Shown in pieces: positions 9,519 through 19,537 of a stretch of DNA of 64,000 nt. How positions within the stretch are numbered: the first letter of the stretch is position 1; each line of letters opens with the position of its first letter. The position numbers and the translations under genes are program-made. Location: the IMG/VR virus record IMGVR_UViG_3300025141_014349; one strand, given 5' to 3'. The DNA is from an uncultured virus (IMG/VR IMGVR_UViG_3300025141_014349). Its lineage: Duplodnaviria; Heunggongvirae; Uroviricota; Caudoviricetes. The notes under the pieces are model-generated. The model was not told where the DNA came from. It saw nothing but the letters and a program-made list of their open reading frames with translations, and searched no databases.

Positions 9519-12500
9519 ATGCGGATAGCACACATAGCAGATACACACATAAGAAATTATGACAGACAAGATCAATATAGAATGATCTTCGAAGATTTAT
9601 ACAAGGTTTTACGAAAAGAGAAACCAGATTACATTGTTCACTGCGGTGACATTGCACACAAGAAGACAGTTATTTCACCAGAGTTTGTAGAACTTTGTTC
9701 TGATTTTTTTAGAAATTTAGAATCTATTGCGCCCACTTATATAATTTTGGGCAATCATGATGGTAATTTACGCAACTCCGAAAGGCAAGATGCGCTAACT
9801 CCCATTGTAGACGCACTCGAATTGAAAAATTTGCACCTCATGAAAAACTCAGGAGAGTATGTGGTGGACGACACTCTTACATGGAATGTGATGTCGATCT
9901 TCGATGAAGATAGTTGGGTAAAACCAACTGATGATAGTAAAATTAATATTGCCCTCTATCATGGTGGCGTTGCCGGATGCGAAACTGATTTGGGGTGGAA
10001 TATAAAAGTAGATCATGATGTGAGTATTTTTGATGGTCTAGATTTCGCCTTTCTTGGGGATATTCACAAGTCCAACCAGGTTCTTGACTTGGAGGGGAGA
10101 GTGAGATATCCGGGCAGCACAATCCAACAGAATTTTGGTGAAACTCCTGACAAGGGTTTTTTGCTATGGGATATCCGGGACAGAGACGATTTTGATGTTC
10201 GTCATATTATCTTGAACGATCCTAATCCACATGTGGACATCGTGCTGACCAAATCTGGGAGGTTGCCGAGAAGGCTAAGTGTCAAGGATGGATCCAGGAT
10301 CAGGATTATTGCTGAAAATAGAACTACGATTGCCAATCAAAGAAAGTTGATTGATGTGGTTAGAAAGCGGTTCAATCCGAAGCGTATTACTTTCTTAAAC
10401 CGAGGCTTATCTGGAACCCCCTCTGCTTCTATGATCGCCGATGGTGTAGAGATTGGCAATCTTCGAGACACTAAAGTTCAAGAGCAGTTAATCGAGGAGT
10501 ATCTCAAAGATTATAATATCGATAAGGAAGTCTTGAAGGATGTCTACGATTTGAACAATAGATATAATATGTTACTAAATCTGGAAGAAGATGTTTCTAG
10601 AAATATAAATTGGTCTGTGGAAAATCTAAAGTGGGATAATTTGTTTAATTACGGCAAAGGAAACGAGATTGATTTTACTACCATGAATGGCATTATAGGT
10701 ATTCTAGGAAAGAACTTTTCTGGAAAATCGAGCGTAATTGATAGTCTATTATTTACCATGCAAAACAGTACATCCAAGAATAGTGTAAAGAATGTTAACA
10801 TAATCAATCAGAATGAGGATGGATCCCTGTCAGAGGTTGTTGTTGCGGTGGGCGAAAGGAAATATAAGATCGTGCGCCAAATGGAAAAATATAAGAAAAG
10901 GTTAAAGGGGAAGGAAACTGAAGAGGCAAAGATGGTGCTCGATTTTTCTATGGTTGAAGGCGGCACCGAATCTAGTTTGAACGGGGAAACCAGAAATGAC
11001 ACAGATGCCAACATTCGAAAAATTTTTGGGACCAAAGATGATTTTTTGATGACTAGCTTTTGTTCTCAAGCAGATTCTTTACAATTTATAAATCAAGGTT
11101 CGACTGACAGAAAGAAAAATTTATCTAAGTTTTTAGATCTAGAAGTTTTTGAAAATAAATATAGATTAGCCCACGAAGACTCTTCTCATATACAAGGGTC
11201 TCTCAAACAGTTTGAGGGGAGAACTTTTGAAGAGGATTTAGAAGTAGAGAAAAGTATTATGGAGGATTCGGAGGATGAACTCAGGGTTCATCGGAAAGAA
11301 TGCGAGTATATACGGTCTCGCCTAGATAAGACTCGGGAAGATATAAAGAAGATCGAGTTGGAAGTAGCTTCTTATCCGCACATTGATATTGATATAGAGA
11401 AAATTGAAAAACGACTAGATGTCGTTTCTCAGAAAAGAGAAGTTACAATAATTCGCCAGGAAGAAATAAAAGAAGAACACAAGGAGCACCAAGAGTATTT
11501 GAATAAAGTAGAGAGTTTTTTCAATGAAAACTCTCTGGATGATTTCTTGAAAAAGCAAGAATTACTGAAAGATAAGCAGGGCAAGTTGAAGGATCTCTTG
11601 TCGGAGTTGGACAAGAGAGAAAGGGAGAGCAAGTTTTTAAATGAAAAGATTTCTCTTCTCTCTACTGTTCCTTGCGGCGCCGAATATCCCCATTGTCGAT
11701 TCCTTCAGGATGCTACAAGTTCTAAAAAATTAGTACCTTCTACGAGAAACGGATTAGTAGAGATTACTAAGAAAATTGAAAAAGTCAATTCTTCATTGGG
11801 AGATATGGATGAAAAAGTAATTGGTGATCGAATTCAGAACTTTAGATCTCTCATGGAAAAGAAAAATAATTATGAACGCGCATTGTCTAACTTAATCGTA
11901 GAGAAAGAGAGGAGTTTTTCTGCGCTAAAAGATATCAATAACAATATTTCTTCTTTGGAAGAAAAAAGAAAGAAATATTATGAAAATGAGAAAGTAGTCA
12001 CTGCGATTAGTAAATTAGAAAAGAAGCGCAAGGCATATGAAAAAGATCTATCTTCTTCGAAGAAGAGTCTTAGGGGTTGTGAGGATAAGATGTATGAGTT
12101 GATAGAAAGAAAGGGAAGTTGCGAGCAGCGCATTCTCTTCCTTAGAGAGCGCCTCGATGAGCGAAGGGCGCTGCGAAATCAATATACTGCGTATGACTTG
12201 TTCAAGGTATGTATGGATAGCAATGGAATTGGTTCGGATATTATTAAGAAGTGTCTTCCTATCATAAGCGAAGAGATAGCGAAGATTTTGGTGGATATTG
12301 TGCCGTTTGAAATCTTCTTTCAAATTGAGGAAAGAAAGTTGGAAATCTATATCCGGCACTCCAAACATGAACCTCGACTAATAGAGATGGCAAGCGGCGC
12401 CGAAAAGACTATTGCTGCTATGGCAATACGCTTGGCACTGACTAAAATTGGAAATTTGCCCACAAGCGATATATTTATATTAGATGAACCTGCAACCGCA

Positions 12501-12662
12501 CTCGATGCTGAAAATATGGATGGATTTATTTCTATTTTAGAAATGTTAAAGAATCAGTTTAAAACTGTTATACTGATATCTCACCTAGACGCGCTGAAGG
12601 AGTGCGTGGACAGCGAGATTACCATTGAGAAAAAGAATGGATTTGCTCACATTGCAGCATAG
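9519..12662 (+). CDS. Fused Mre11/SbcD nuclease and Rad50/SbcC ATPase (T4 gp47+gp46-like)
   Basis: HIADTH, GD, GNHD, LGDIH phosphoesterase motifs; then Walker A GKNFSGKS, coiled coil, ASGAEK signature, ILDEP and ISH. Confidence 0.9.
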   Translation: MRIAHIADTHIRNYDRQDQYRMIFEDLYKVLRKEKPDYIVHCGDIAHKKTVISPEFVELCSDFFRNLESIAPTYIILGNHDGNLRNSERQDALTPIVDALELKNLHLMKNSGEYVVDDTLTWNVMSIFDEDSWVKPTDDSKINIALYHGGVAGCETDLGWNIKVDHDVSIFDGLDFAFLGDIHKSNQVLDLEGRVRYPGSTIQQNFGETPDKGFLLWDIRDRDDFDVRHIILNDPNPHVDIVLTKSGRLPRRLSVKDGSRIRIIAENRTTIANQRKLIDVVRKRFNPKRITFLNRGLSGTPSASMIADGVEIGNLRDTKVQEQLIEEYLKDYNIDKEVLKDVYDLNNRYNMLLNLEEDVSRNINWSVENLKWDNLFNYGKGNEIDFTTMNGIIGILGKNFSGKSSVIDSLLFTMQNSTSKNSVKNVNIINQNEDGSLSEVVVAVGERKYKIVRQMEKYKKRLKGKETEEAKMVLDFSMVEGGTESSLNGETRNDTDANIRKIFGTKDDFLMTSFCSQADSLQFINQGSTDRKKNLSKFLDLEVFENKYRLAHEDSSHIQGSLKQFEGRTFEEDLEVEKSIMEDSEDELRVHRKECEYIRSRLDKTREDIKKIELEVASYPHIDIDIEKIEKRLDVVSQKREVTIIRQEEIKEEHKEHQEYLNKVESFFNENSLDDFLKKQELLKDKQGKLKDLLSELDKRERESKFLNEKISLLSTVPCGAEYPHCRFLQDATSSKKLVPSTRNGLVEITKKIEKVNSSLGDMDEKVIGDRIQNFRSLMEKKNNYERALSNLIVEKERSFSALKDINNNISSLEEKRKKYYENEKVVTAISKLEKKRKAYEKDLSSSKKSLRGCEDKMYELIERKGSCEQRILFLRERLDERRALRNQYTAYDLFKVCMDSNGIGSDIIKKCLPIISEEIAKILVDIVPFEIFFQIEERKLEIYIRHSKHEPRLIEMASGAEKTIAAMAIRLALTKIGNLPTSDIFILDEPATALDAENMDGFISILEMLKNQFKTVILISHLDALKECVDSEITIEKKNGFAHIAA

Positions 12663-12668
12663 GAGGAT

Positions 12669-12887
12669 ATGGTGGAAGAATCAAGAATAGAAAGAAAAGA
12701 TCCCAAAGGAGTTCTCGATAGGGGTGTCGCAAAGTTAGTAAGTAGAAAGCTTTTGGTATGGGCGACAGCGACAGCGGCTCTTTTCCTGGGCGTAGTCCCA
12801 GCGGAAGAGTGGTTGCAAGTCTGCTTGCTCTACATTGGTTCACAAGCAGCGGTTGATATTGTAACTGCTTATAAGAAGGTATCATGA
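12669..12887 (+). CDS. Small two-TM membrane protein, holin-like
   Basis: SRKLLVW followed by two hydrophobic segments; AGGAGG SD. Confidence 0.5.
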   Translation: MVEESRIERKDPKGVLDRGVAKLVSRKLLVWATATAALFLGVVPAEEWLQVCLLYIGSQAAVDIVTAYKKVS

Positions 12888-13279
12888 TGTACATATTGGC
12901 AATAAAGACTTTTTTGAAAAAGGCATGGGTATGGACCAAGAACTATTGGTATGTTCCTCTCGGCGCCCTGTGGACGGTCGTAACGTGGTTCTTTTTCCGA
13001 CAGAAAGCCGCGATGCTGGTGGATAATTTCAGAGAAACTCAGAAATCACATCGAAAGGAAATTGATCTCATTAACAAGTCAAAGGATGAAGAGGTGAAGA
13101 GCATTACTGACAAAGTTAGCGAGCACCTAGAGCGCGATAAAAGTGCAGAAGAAAAGCATAAGAAGGAAGTTGAGAAAACTGAGAAAAAGGTTGCAGCCCG
13201 CGCGGAAGAACTTAGGACGAAAGATAATGAAGAGTTGGCCGACGAATTGAAAAAGGTCATCAAGAAGAGGAAAAGATGA
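12884..13279 (+). CDS. N-terminal TM plus charged coiled coil, i-spanin-like
   Basis: WYVPLGALWTVVTWFFF followed by a K/E-rich helix; overlaps both neighbours (ATGA). Confidence 0.4.
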   Translation: MMYILAIKTFLKKAWVWTKNYWYVPLGALWTVVTWFFFRQKAAMLVDNFRETQKSHRKEIDLINKSKDEEVKSITDKVSEHLERDKSAEEKHKKEVEKTEKKVAARAEELRTKDNEELADELKKVIKKRKR

Positions 13280-13719
13280 GAATAACAGCAATCCTGACAG
13301 TGGTATTTTTTTCTTTAAGCGTATCCGCCCAAGAAGTCATTCCTCTGGATAAGGGCGCGCCAGCACCCTTCGATGGCGTTCTTCTAGATAAAGATGCCGC
13401 GGCTGAAATAATCTCTACAGATGAAGTAACTCAAGAACAGTGTGATTCAAAATCTGAGTTGGAGGTCGCCAAGGCGACCAACTCCTGTGTTCTCAAAAAA
13501 GATATCGCAGAAACTTCTTTGCGCATTGAAAAGGAAACAAGCGGGCAATTGATTTTGTTAAAAAATCAAGAGATAGATCGCCTCAATGAGAAGTTGGAAA
13601 AATCGAGCGTTAGTTGGGGACCTTTTTGGTTTGCCGGCGGCACAGCAGTGGGAGTGGGAATGTCTCTCGCTATTTTCTTTTTGGCGGTCCAAACCGTAAA
13701 AACAGAGTCGCTCCAATGA
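13276..13719 (+). CDS. Secreted/membrane protein (signal peptide, coiled coil, C-terminal TM), possibly spanin-related
   Basis: MRITAILTVVFFSLSVSA signal; KGAPAPFDGVLL; C-terminal hydrophobic helix. Confidence 0.4.
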   Translation: MRITAILTVVFFSLSVSAQEVIPLDKGAPAPFDGVLLDKDAAAEIISTDEVTQEQCDSKSELEVAKATNSCVLKKDIAETSLRIEKETSGQLILLKNQEIDRLNEKLEKSSVSWGPFWFAGGTAVGVGMSLAIFFLAVQTVKTESLQ

Positions 13720-14108
13720 GCAAGAACTATGATAAAATCGCACAGATTGAAAAGGCCATTGGAAAAAAATATGGAGAAGAAACCATTAAAAATCCTCTTT
13801 CAAGTTGGAATGAAGAGAAAGAGAAGGATTACGTTGATCAAATTAAAGAAGAATTTAAAAATCAAAAGAACACATTAGCAACGAGTAAGGAATATTACGA
13901 AGGTTTTTTTGTAGATAAAAAACTATTTAATAAAGATAATAGTTCGGCCTGCTCTGTTTGTGAGAAATATTCTTTTAGTATTGGGGATGATGTATATTTA
14001 AATAAATGGGATTGTTGTCGCGGATGTTACATAGAATGGGTAGAAGACAGAGAAGATAGATGGAAAGAAGGATGGCGGCCGGAAGTGGAGGTGAACAATG
14101 ATAAGTGA
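13716..14108 (+). CDS. Hypothetical protein with C-terminal Cys cluster (putative zinc finger)
   Basis: Likely start ATG 13716 overlapping the upstream stop; CSVC...CCRGC. Confidence 0.6.
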   Translation: MSKNYDKIAQIEKAIGKKYGEETIKNPLSSWNEEKEKDYVDQIKEEFKNQKNTLATSKEYYEGFFVDKKLFNKDNSSACSVCEKYSFSIGDDVYLNKWDCCRGCYIEWVEDREDRWKEGWRPEVEVNNDK

Positions 14109-14286
14109 TAAAATAGAGGAATTGATAACAGGAATCTCTCTCTTGAAGAGGGATGCGGAAAAGTTTGATAGAGGCAACGCTTCTGCCGGAACGAGAGTCC
14201 GAAAAGATCTAATGAAATTAATCAAAGAGATGAAAGATATTCGCCAATCTATTTTAGATGAGCGCAAAGAACGTAAATCTAGTTGA
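14098..14286 (+). CDS. Histone H1-like (Hc1-family-like) small DNA-binding protein
   Basis: DAEKFDRGNASAGTRVRK matches the Hc1-type GNxxAGTRxRK motif; GGAGGTG SD. Confidence 0.75.
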   Translation: MISDKIEELITGISLLKRDAEKFDRGNASAGTRVRKDLMKLIKEMKDIRQSILDERKERKSS

Positions 14287-14303
14287 TATAAGGAGAATTT
14301 ATA

Positions 14304-14858
14304 ATGGCAACTGCTGAAGAAATTGCACGAGGTATATCCCAAGTTATGGCGGATTCTTACGATGGAGCGCTCGATCAGGATGGGAAACCACTTGATACTG
14401 GTCTCAAAAGGGGCGCTTTTGACACTAAGATTACTGACAGGCGCGTCAACGATGGATTCGGGTTGAGTTTGAACGGAAACATTCTTATCCTCAACTATGA
14501 GGGCGAAGTATCTGTGAAGGAGCTTCATGATAAAAACTTTGAAAGCGACACGGAATCGACGCTAGCGGAGGTTCTTAAGTTTGTCAAGAAACATTACAAG
14601 AAAGTAACTGGCAACACTCTAAAGTGTAAACCGGTTGGCAAGCCTAACATTAGCGTTCAGAGTACCAGTCGAGTTCACACTTGGGTCGAAGCCCAGATGC
14701 GGTATGAGATACAGGGCATGGACGGCATCGCTACAAGCGCTGATGCTCCAGATGGCGAAGAACTGTTAGACAAATCAATTCGTGATTTTCTAGGAATGGG
14801 GAAGAAAGATTGGGGCGCCAAGAAACCTGAAAACGTTACTCGCAAGAAGGAACAGTAA
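14304..14858 (+). CDS. Hypothetical protein
   Basis: 184 aa ORF with AAGGAG SD. Confidence 0.65.
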   Translation: MATAEEIARGISQVMADSYDGALDQDGKPLDTGLKRGAFDTKITDRRVNDGFGLSLNGNILILNYEGEVSVKELHDKNFESDTESTLAEVLKFVKKHYKKVTGNTLKCKPVGKPNISVQSTSRVHTWVEAQMRYEIQGMDGIATSADAPDGEELLDKSIRDFLGMGKKDWGAKKPENVTRKKEQ

Positions 14859-14859
14859 G

Positions 14860-15138
14860 ATGGATATCTCTAAGGAACGCATTAAACAAATCATTAAAGA
14901 GGAAATTGGTGACATCCAGGCCCACCCGGATCATCCAGATCTAGAAGATGATAATCAGGAATGGTCCAGTGTGAAAGCGCACCTCGAAAAAATACATTCC
15001 CTCTCCCGCAGGATTAGCAATAGCATGCAAGAACCAGAAGACGTGGAAGAGTGGATCCAAGAAAAGGTAGCAGTTGTTGCAGCAATCCTACATAGTATTG
15101 AACACTATCAGGAAGAAGAAAAGGTAAGAAGTAGTTAG
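14860..15138 (+). CDS. Small acidic protein with N-terminal ISKxRIKQIIKEE motif (possible head internal protein)
   Basis: N-terminus shared with the ORFs at 20546 and 21632. Confidence 0.55.
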   Translation: MDISKERIKQIIKEEIGDIQAHPDHPDLEDDNQEWSSVKAHLEKIHSLSRRISNSMQEPEDVEEWIQEKVAVVAAILHSIEHYQEEEKVRSS

Positions 15139-15147
15139 TAAGATGTC

Positions 15148-16734
15148 ATGGCGTATCATATTTCTAAAAACGAGATCAAGAAAGAAATAACTAAATGTGG
15201 TAAAGATCCCGCTTATTTCCTCAACAACTATGCAAAAATTTCTCACCCGGACAGGGGCCTGATCCCCTTCAAGACCTATGATTTTCAGACTGAACTTTTA
15301 AAAAACTATAATGATCATCGCTTTAATGTAATTCTCAAGGCACGCCAACTAGGAATATCAACTGTGACTGCGGGATACGTGGCATGGTTGATGATGTTTC
15401 GTCGCGAAAAAAATATCTTAGTTGTTGCTACGAAGTTTTCAACTGCTGCCAACTTAGTTAAGAAAGTCAAAGCTTTGATAAAGAATATGCCCGACTGGAT
15501 CAAAATATCTGATATCAGTATAGATAACAGGACTGCCTTCGAACTTACTAATGGTTCTCAAATCAAGGCGTCAACCACTTCTTCTGATGCGGGTCGCTCT
15601 GAAGCTTTGTCTCTTTTGGTTGTAGATGAGGCAGCACATGTTCCTGAACTTGAGGAGATGTGGAAAGCACTCTACCCGACTCTTTCAACAGGAGGTAGAT
15701 GCATCGCCCTTTCGACTCCCAACGGGGTTGGCAACTGGTTTCACCAAACCTATATAGATGCGGATGAGGGAAGAAACAGTTTTTTTACTACTAAGTTGCT
15801 GTGGAGTGAGCACCCTGATCGCGACAGCGATTGGTTCGAGCGTGAGACTAAGAATATGTCCCGACGCGACATCGCACAGGAATTAGAGTGTAACTTTAAT
15901 ATGTCTGGTGAGACGGTGATTCACCCCGAAGACATTCAAAGACTATTATCCTCTATTTGCGCACCAAAACATAGAACAGGATTTGACCGCAATTACCATA
16001 TATGGGAAGAATTTCAAACCGGTTCAGAATATTTGTTGGTTGCGGATGTCTCGCGAGGAGACGGTAAAGATTATTCTGTTTTTCACATAGTCAAACTCAA
16101 TACAATGGAAGTAGTTGCTGAATACCAAGGTAAACCAAACTTGGATATGTTCGCCACGCTACTCTACTCAGCGGGCACGGAATACGGCAACTGCATGGTA
16201 GTGGTGGAAAATAATAATATTGGGTTTAGTGTGCTGGAAAAGTTGATGGAGATGGAGTATCCCAACGTATATCACTCTATCAAATCTACCCACGAATATA
16301 TAGACCAAGTGACGGCCGAAGGGAATTCTTCCGCTCTTCCTGGGTTTACTACTTCTTCCAAAACCAGACCGTTGATCATAGCAAAGTTAGAAGAATTTAT
16401 AAGAAACAAAATGATTACTATATATTCTATAAGGACTATCAATGAAATTAAGACTTTTGTTTGGAACAATGGAAAACCTCAATCAATGAGGGGATATAAT
16501 GATGATCTGGTGATGAGCATTGCTATAGCATGCTGGGTGAGGGATACCGTTATTACCACTTCCAAAAGAGATATAAAATATGCCACGGCGCTCCTAGACA
16601 GTATGGTTTTTGCGAACACTAGACTTTCTACAACCATCCCAGGGATGCACGGGCACAAGAGAGAAGAGTCGCTTCAAAAGACGGAGAAAGAAATGATGCA
16701 GCAATCCGAATTTATGTGGCTTTATAAAGGATAA
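15148..16734 (+). CDS. Terminase large subunit (T4 gp17-like)
   Basis: ILKARQLGIST Walker A, LLVVDEAAH Walker B, LSTPNG, ADVSRGDGKDYS and NDDLVM nuclease motifs. Confidence 0.95.
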   Translation: MAYHISKNEIKKEITKCGKDPAYFLNNYAKISHPDRGLIPFKTYDFQTELLKNYNDHRFNVILKARQLGISTVTAGYVAWLMMFRREKNILVVATKFSTAANLVKKVKALIKNMPDWIKISDISIDNRTAFELTNGSQIKASTTSSDAGRSEALSLLVVDEAAHVPELEEMWKALYPTLSTGGRCIALSTPNGVGNWFHQTYIDADEGRNSFFTTKLLWSEHPDRDSDWFERETKNMSRRDIAQELECNFNMSGETVIHPEDIQRLLSSICAPKHRTGFDRNYHIWEEFQTGSEYLLVADVSRGDGKDYSVFHIVKLNTMEVVAEYQGKPNLDMFATLLYSAGTEYGNCMVVVENNNIGFSVLEKLMEMEYPNVYHSIKSTHEYIDQVTAEGNSSALPGFTTSSKTRPLIIAKLEEFIRNKMITIYSIRTINEIKTFVWNNGKPQSMRGYNDDLVMSIAIACWVRDTVITTSKRDIKYATALLDSMVFANTRLSTTIPGMHGHKREESLQKTEKEMMQQSEFMWLYKG

Positions 16735-16737
16735 AAA

Positions 16738-18717
16738 ATGGTAGAGAATGCGAACAATCCAAGAAATCAGGAATCCACGCTTTTTAAGAAATTAACAAGA
16801 TTATTGTCTGGGCCAATTATTAATCGGCGTACACAAGGATATCGAAGTCAACGAAGGAAAGATCTAGATAAGTATAGGTTTACATCTGCTAGCGGGCAAA
16901 ATTTTAAGAAGTCCGCATATAATCCCTTTGAGAGTCTCAACTCTAATTGGATGGCATCGCAGCGAAGAAATGAAAGGTATGTGGATTTTGATCAGATGGA
17001 GTATACTCCCGAATTAGCATCCGCGCTGGATATCTATGCCGATGAGATGACGACATCAACTTCTTTGGAAAAAATGCTTACAGTTAAGTGTCCAAACGAA
17101 GAGATCAAGAGCGTATTGGACACTCTTTATACTAATATTTTGAATGTAGATTTCAATTTATTTGGGTGGTGCCGCACCATGTGTAAGTATGGGGACTTTT
17201 TTCTGTACCTGGACATTGATGAGCACATCGGCATAAAGAGTGTAATAGGACTGCCACCGCCCGAAGTGGAACGGATGGACGGCGAAGACCCAACTAATCC
17301 GAATTATATTCAATATCAGTGGAATAGCGGAGGACTTACTTTTGAAAATTGGCAAGTAGCACATTTTAGAATTTTAGGAAATGATAAGTACGCGCCTTAT
17401 GGTACTTCTGTTTTAGATCCCGCACGGCGAATCTGGAGACAATTGATTTTATTGGAAGATGCCATGATGGCATATCGAGTAGTTCGCTCTCCGGAAAGAA
17501 GAGTTTTTTATATTGATGTAGGAGCAATTGCTCCCGAGGATGTTGAGCAGTATATGCAAAAGATCATCACTCAAATGAAGCGAAACCAGATAGTGGATCA
17601 AGACACCGGAAGAGTAGACTTGCGATATAACCCTATGAGCATTGAAGAGGATTTCTTTTTACCAGTGAGGGGATCGCAAACTAACACCAGGATCGAAAAT
17701 CTTGCAGGCGGCGCTTATACTGGTGACATAGATGATGTTAAATATTTACGCGACAAACTCTTTTCGGCGATTAAGATTCCTCAATCATATCTTTCTAGTG
17801 CGGAAGAAGCAGGAGAAGACAAAACTACATTGGCGCAAAAAGACATCCGTTTTGCGCGCACTATTCAGAGACTCCAGCGCGCCGTCTTATCAGAATTGGA
17901 GAAGGTGGGCATCATTCATCTTTATACTTTAGGGTTTCGAGGGGATGATTTAATCGCCTTTACGCTGTCTCTCAACAATCCATCTAAACTTGCTGTTCTA
18001 CAAGAACTGGAGACGTGGGGAACTAAATTTGACACCGCCGCTAATGCAACCGAGGGATATTTTTCCAAGCGTTGGGTGGCGCAGAATATCTTGGGCATGT
18101 CCGATGAAGAATTCCTCCGCAATCAGAGAGAAATGTTTTATGATCGCAAGACACAGGGTCTCCTGGATGCTGCTGCTGAAATGGCGGCAGAAGAGACAGG
18201 AGCATCCGGCGCGATGGGCACCGAACTTGGTGGCGAAGAACTTGGTGGTGAAGATCTTGGCGGCGAAGAACTTGGTGGTGAAGATCTTGGCGGCGAAGAA
18301 CTTGGTGGCGAAGAACTTGGCGGTGAAGAACCTGGCGGTGAAGAACCTGGCGGTGAAGAACTTGGCGGCGAAGATGAAACCTTATTGGCAGCGCCTCCCG
18401 CAAAGCGCGATGATAACATACGTCAGTATGAAAAGGGAACCTATACTTTAGCGAAGAGAGACAATAGATCTCATTCGGCTCCTCGCAAGAAACAATATGG
18501 CGCCGAATATAGCAAAGAAAAGTCAAGTGGCACCCATCGAAGTGTTTTCCCTGGAGACCTAAAGTCTCTGGCGAGAGGCATTTACGAAGAGAACGATGAT
18601 AGTTATAATGTGGAAGAAGAGAAGATTTTTAGGATCAAACAATCTCACAACGATGTGAAACTGCTTATCGAGCAAATGGAGAAAAGACAAGATGAAAAGA
18701 GGGAAGTACAAGAGTAG
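16738..18717 (+). CDS. Portal protein (T4 gp20-like) with acidic low-complexity tail
   Basis: LLEDAMMAYRVVRSPERRVFYIDVG, EDFFLPVRG, IDDVKYLRDKLFSAIKIP. Confidence 0.95.
   Translation: MVENANNPRNQESTLFKKLTRLLSGPIINRRTQGYRSQRRKDLDKYRFTSASGQNFKKSAYNPFESLNSNWMASQRRNERYVDFDQMEYTPELASALDIYADEMTTSTSLEKMLTVKCPNEEIKSVLDTLYTNILNVDFNLFGWCRTMCKYGDFFLYLDIDEHIGIKSVIGLPPPEVERMDGEDPTNPNYIQYQWNSGGLTFENWQVAHFRILGNDKYAPYGTSVLDPARRIWRQLILLEDAMMAYRVVRSPERRVFYIDVGAIAPEDVEQYMQKIITQMKRNQIVDQDTGRVDLRYNPMSIEEDFFLPVRGSQTNTRIENLAGGAYTGDIDDVKYLRDKLFSAIKIPQSYLSSAEEAGEDKTTLAQKDIRFARTIQRLQRAVLSELEKVGIIHLYTLGFRGDDLIAFTLSLNNPSKLAVLQELETWGTKFDTAANATEGYFSKRWVAQNILGMSDEEFLRNQREMFYDRKTQGLLDAAAEMAAEETGASGAMGTELGGEELGGEDLGGEELGGEDLGGEELGGEELGGEEPGGEEPGGEELGGEDETLLAAPPAKRDDNIRQYEKGTYTLAKRDNRSHSAPRKKQYGAEYSKEKSSGTHRSVFPGDLKSLARGIYEENDDSYNVEEEKIFRIKQSHNDVKLLIEQMEKRQDEKREVQE
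18223..18372 (+). repeat. 15-bp tandem repeat, about 10 units, encoding (E/D)(L/P)GGE in the portal C-terminus
   Basis: gaa(c)ttgg(t/c)gg(c/t)gaa units read directly. Confidence 0.95.
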
Positions 18718-19537
18718 GCATAATAAGAAAAGAAATACCGCTTTTCTTTACGAGGTACTGGTCCAAGAGATAACGCGTAGTGTTATTGGAAAGGATGATG
18801 AAAGGAAAGAAAAGGCATTAAATATTTGCAAAGAATTTTTTGGTAAGAATTCGCCTCTCTTTAGGGAGCGCGCCCTGTACGGCGCACTATTAGAGGCAAA
18901 GGGGTTGGACAAGAATTTCATAGAGAAAATACTCGTGGAAGCAAAAGAAGAATATGAAGGGTTGGACTCCACAGAGATTTTCAACGCTCAAACTAAAGTT
19001 ATTAATAGGGTTAATAAGGAACTTTCTTCTGATGTTTTAAATTATTTTGTTCAGAATTATAAAAATCTTGCTACGATTTCACAAATCTTACACAAGGAAT
19101 TACCCGTTAAAGAGAGGGTATTGCTGGAAGATAAGTTTATCAATGAATTTTCGGTTGACGAAGAGACAAAAGAAGAACTAGAACCTACAGATAATCTGAT
19201 GTATAAAACGTTTGTCAAAAATTATAATGAAAAATACGAAGGCATACTCACCGAAGAGCAAAAAGAAGTTATAACGAGGCACGCCGTTTCTTTTAGTGAC
19301 AATGGGGTTTCTCTCAAGATTTTTCTGAATGAAGAAATTGGAAGATTAAAGAATATTCTAAATGGATCCCGAGATATGGATATCTTCGAAGAAGACGAAG
19401 TGATGAAAACTAAACTAGATGAAGTTTTCGAGATCCTTGATTCCTATAAAGAAAATCCTCACATCGAAGAGGGGGATATTGTAAGGTTGCTCGAAGTTCA
19501 GACCTTGGCACGGGAGATGAACTCAAATGGCGATTAA
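18692..19537 (+). CDS. Hypothetical protein downstream of portal
   Basis: 281 aa helical ORF beginning HNKKRNTAFLYEVL. Confidence 0.65.
   Translation: MKRGKYKSRHNKKRNTAFLYEVLVQEITRSVIGKDDERKEKALNICKEFFGKNSPLFRERALYGALLEAKGLDKNFIEKILVEAKEEYEGLDSTEIFNAQTKVINRVNKELSSDVLNYFVQNYKNLATISQILHKELPVKERVLLEDKFINEFSVDEETKEELEPTDNLMYKTFVKNYNEKYEGILTEEQKEVITRHAVSFSDNGVSLKIFLNEEIGRLKNILNGSRDMDIFEEDEVMKTKLDEVFEILDSYKENPHIEEGDIVRLLEVQTLAREMNSNGD

Noticed and set aside
15148..16734. Intein or intron in terminase (also checked MCP, RecA and helicase)
   Set aside because: Lengths and motif spacing look normal; no splice-junction or homing endonuclease motifs seen
18041..18526. Alternative-frame repetitive ORFs (RQVLH, SSPP and KNLAV repeats)
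   Set aside because: Shadows of the 15-bp portal repeat
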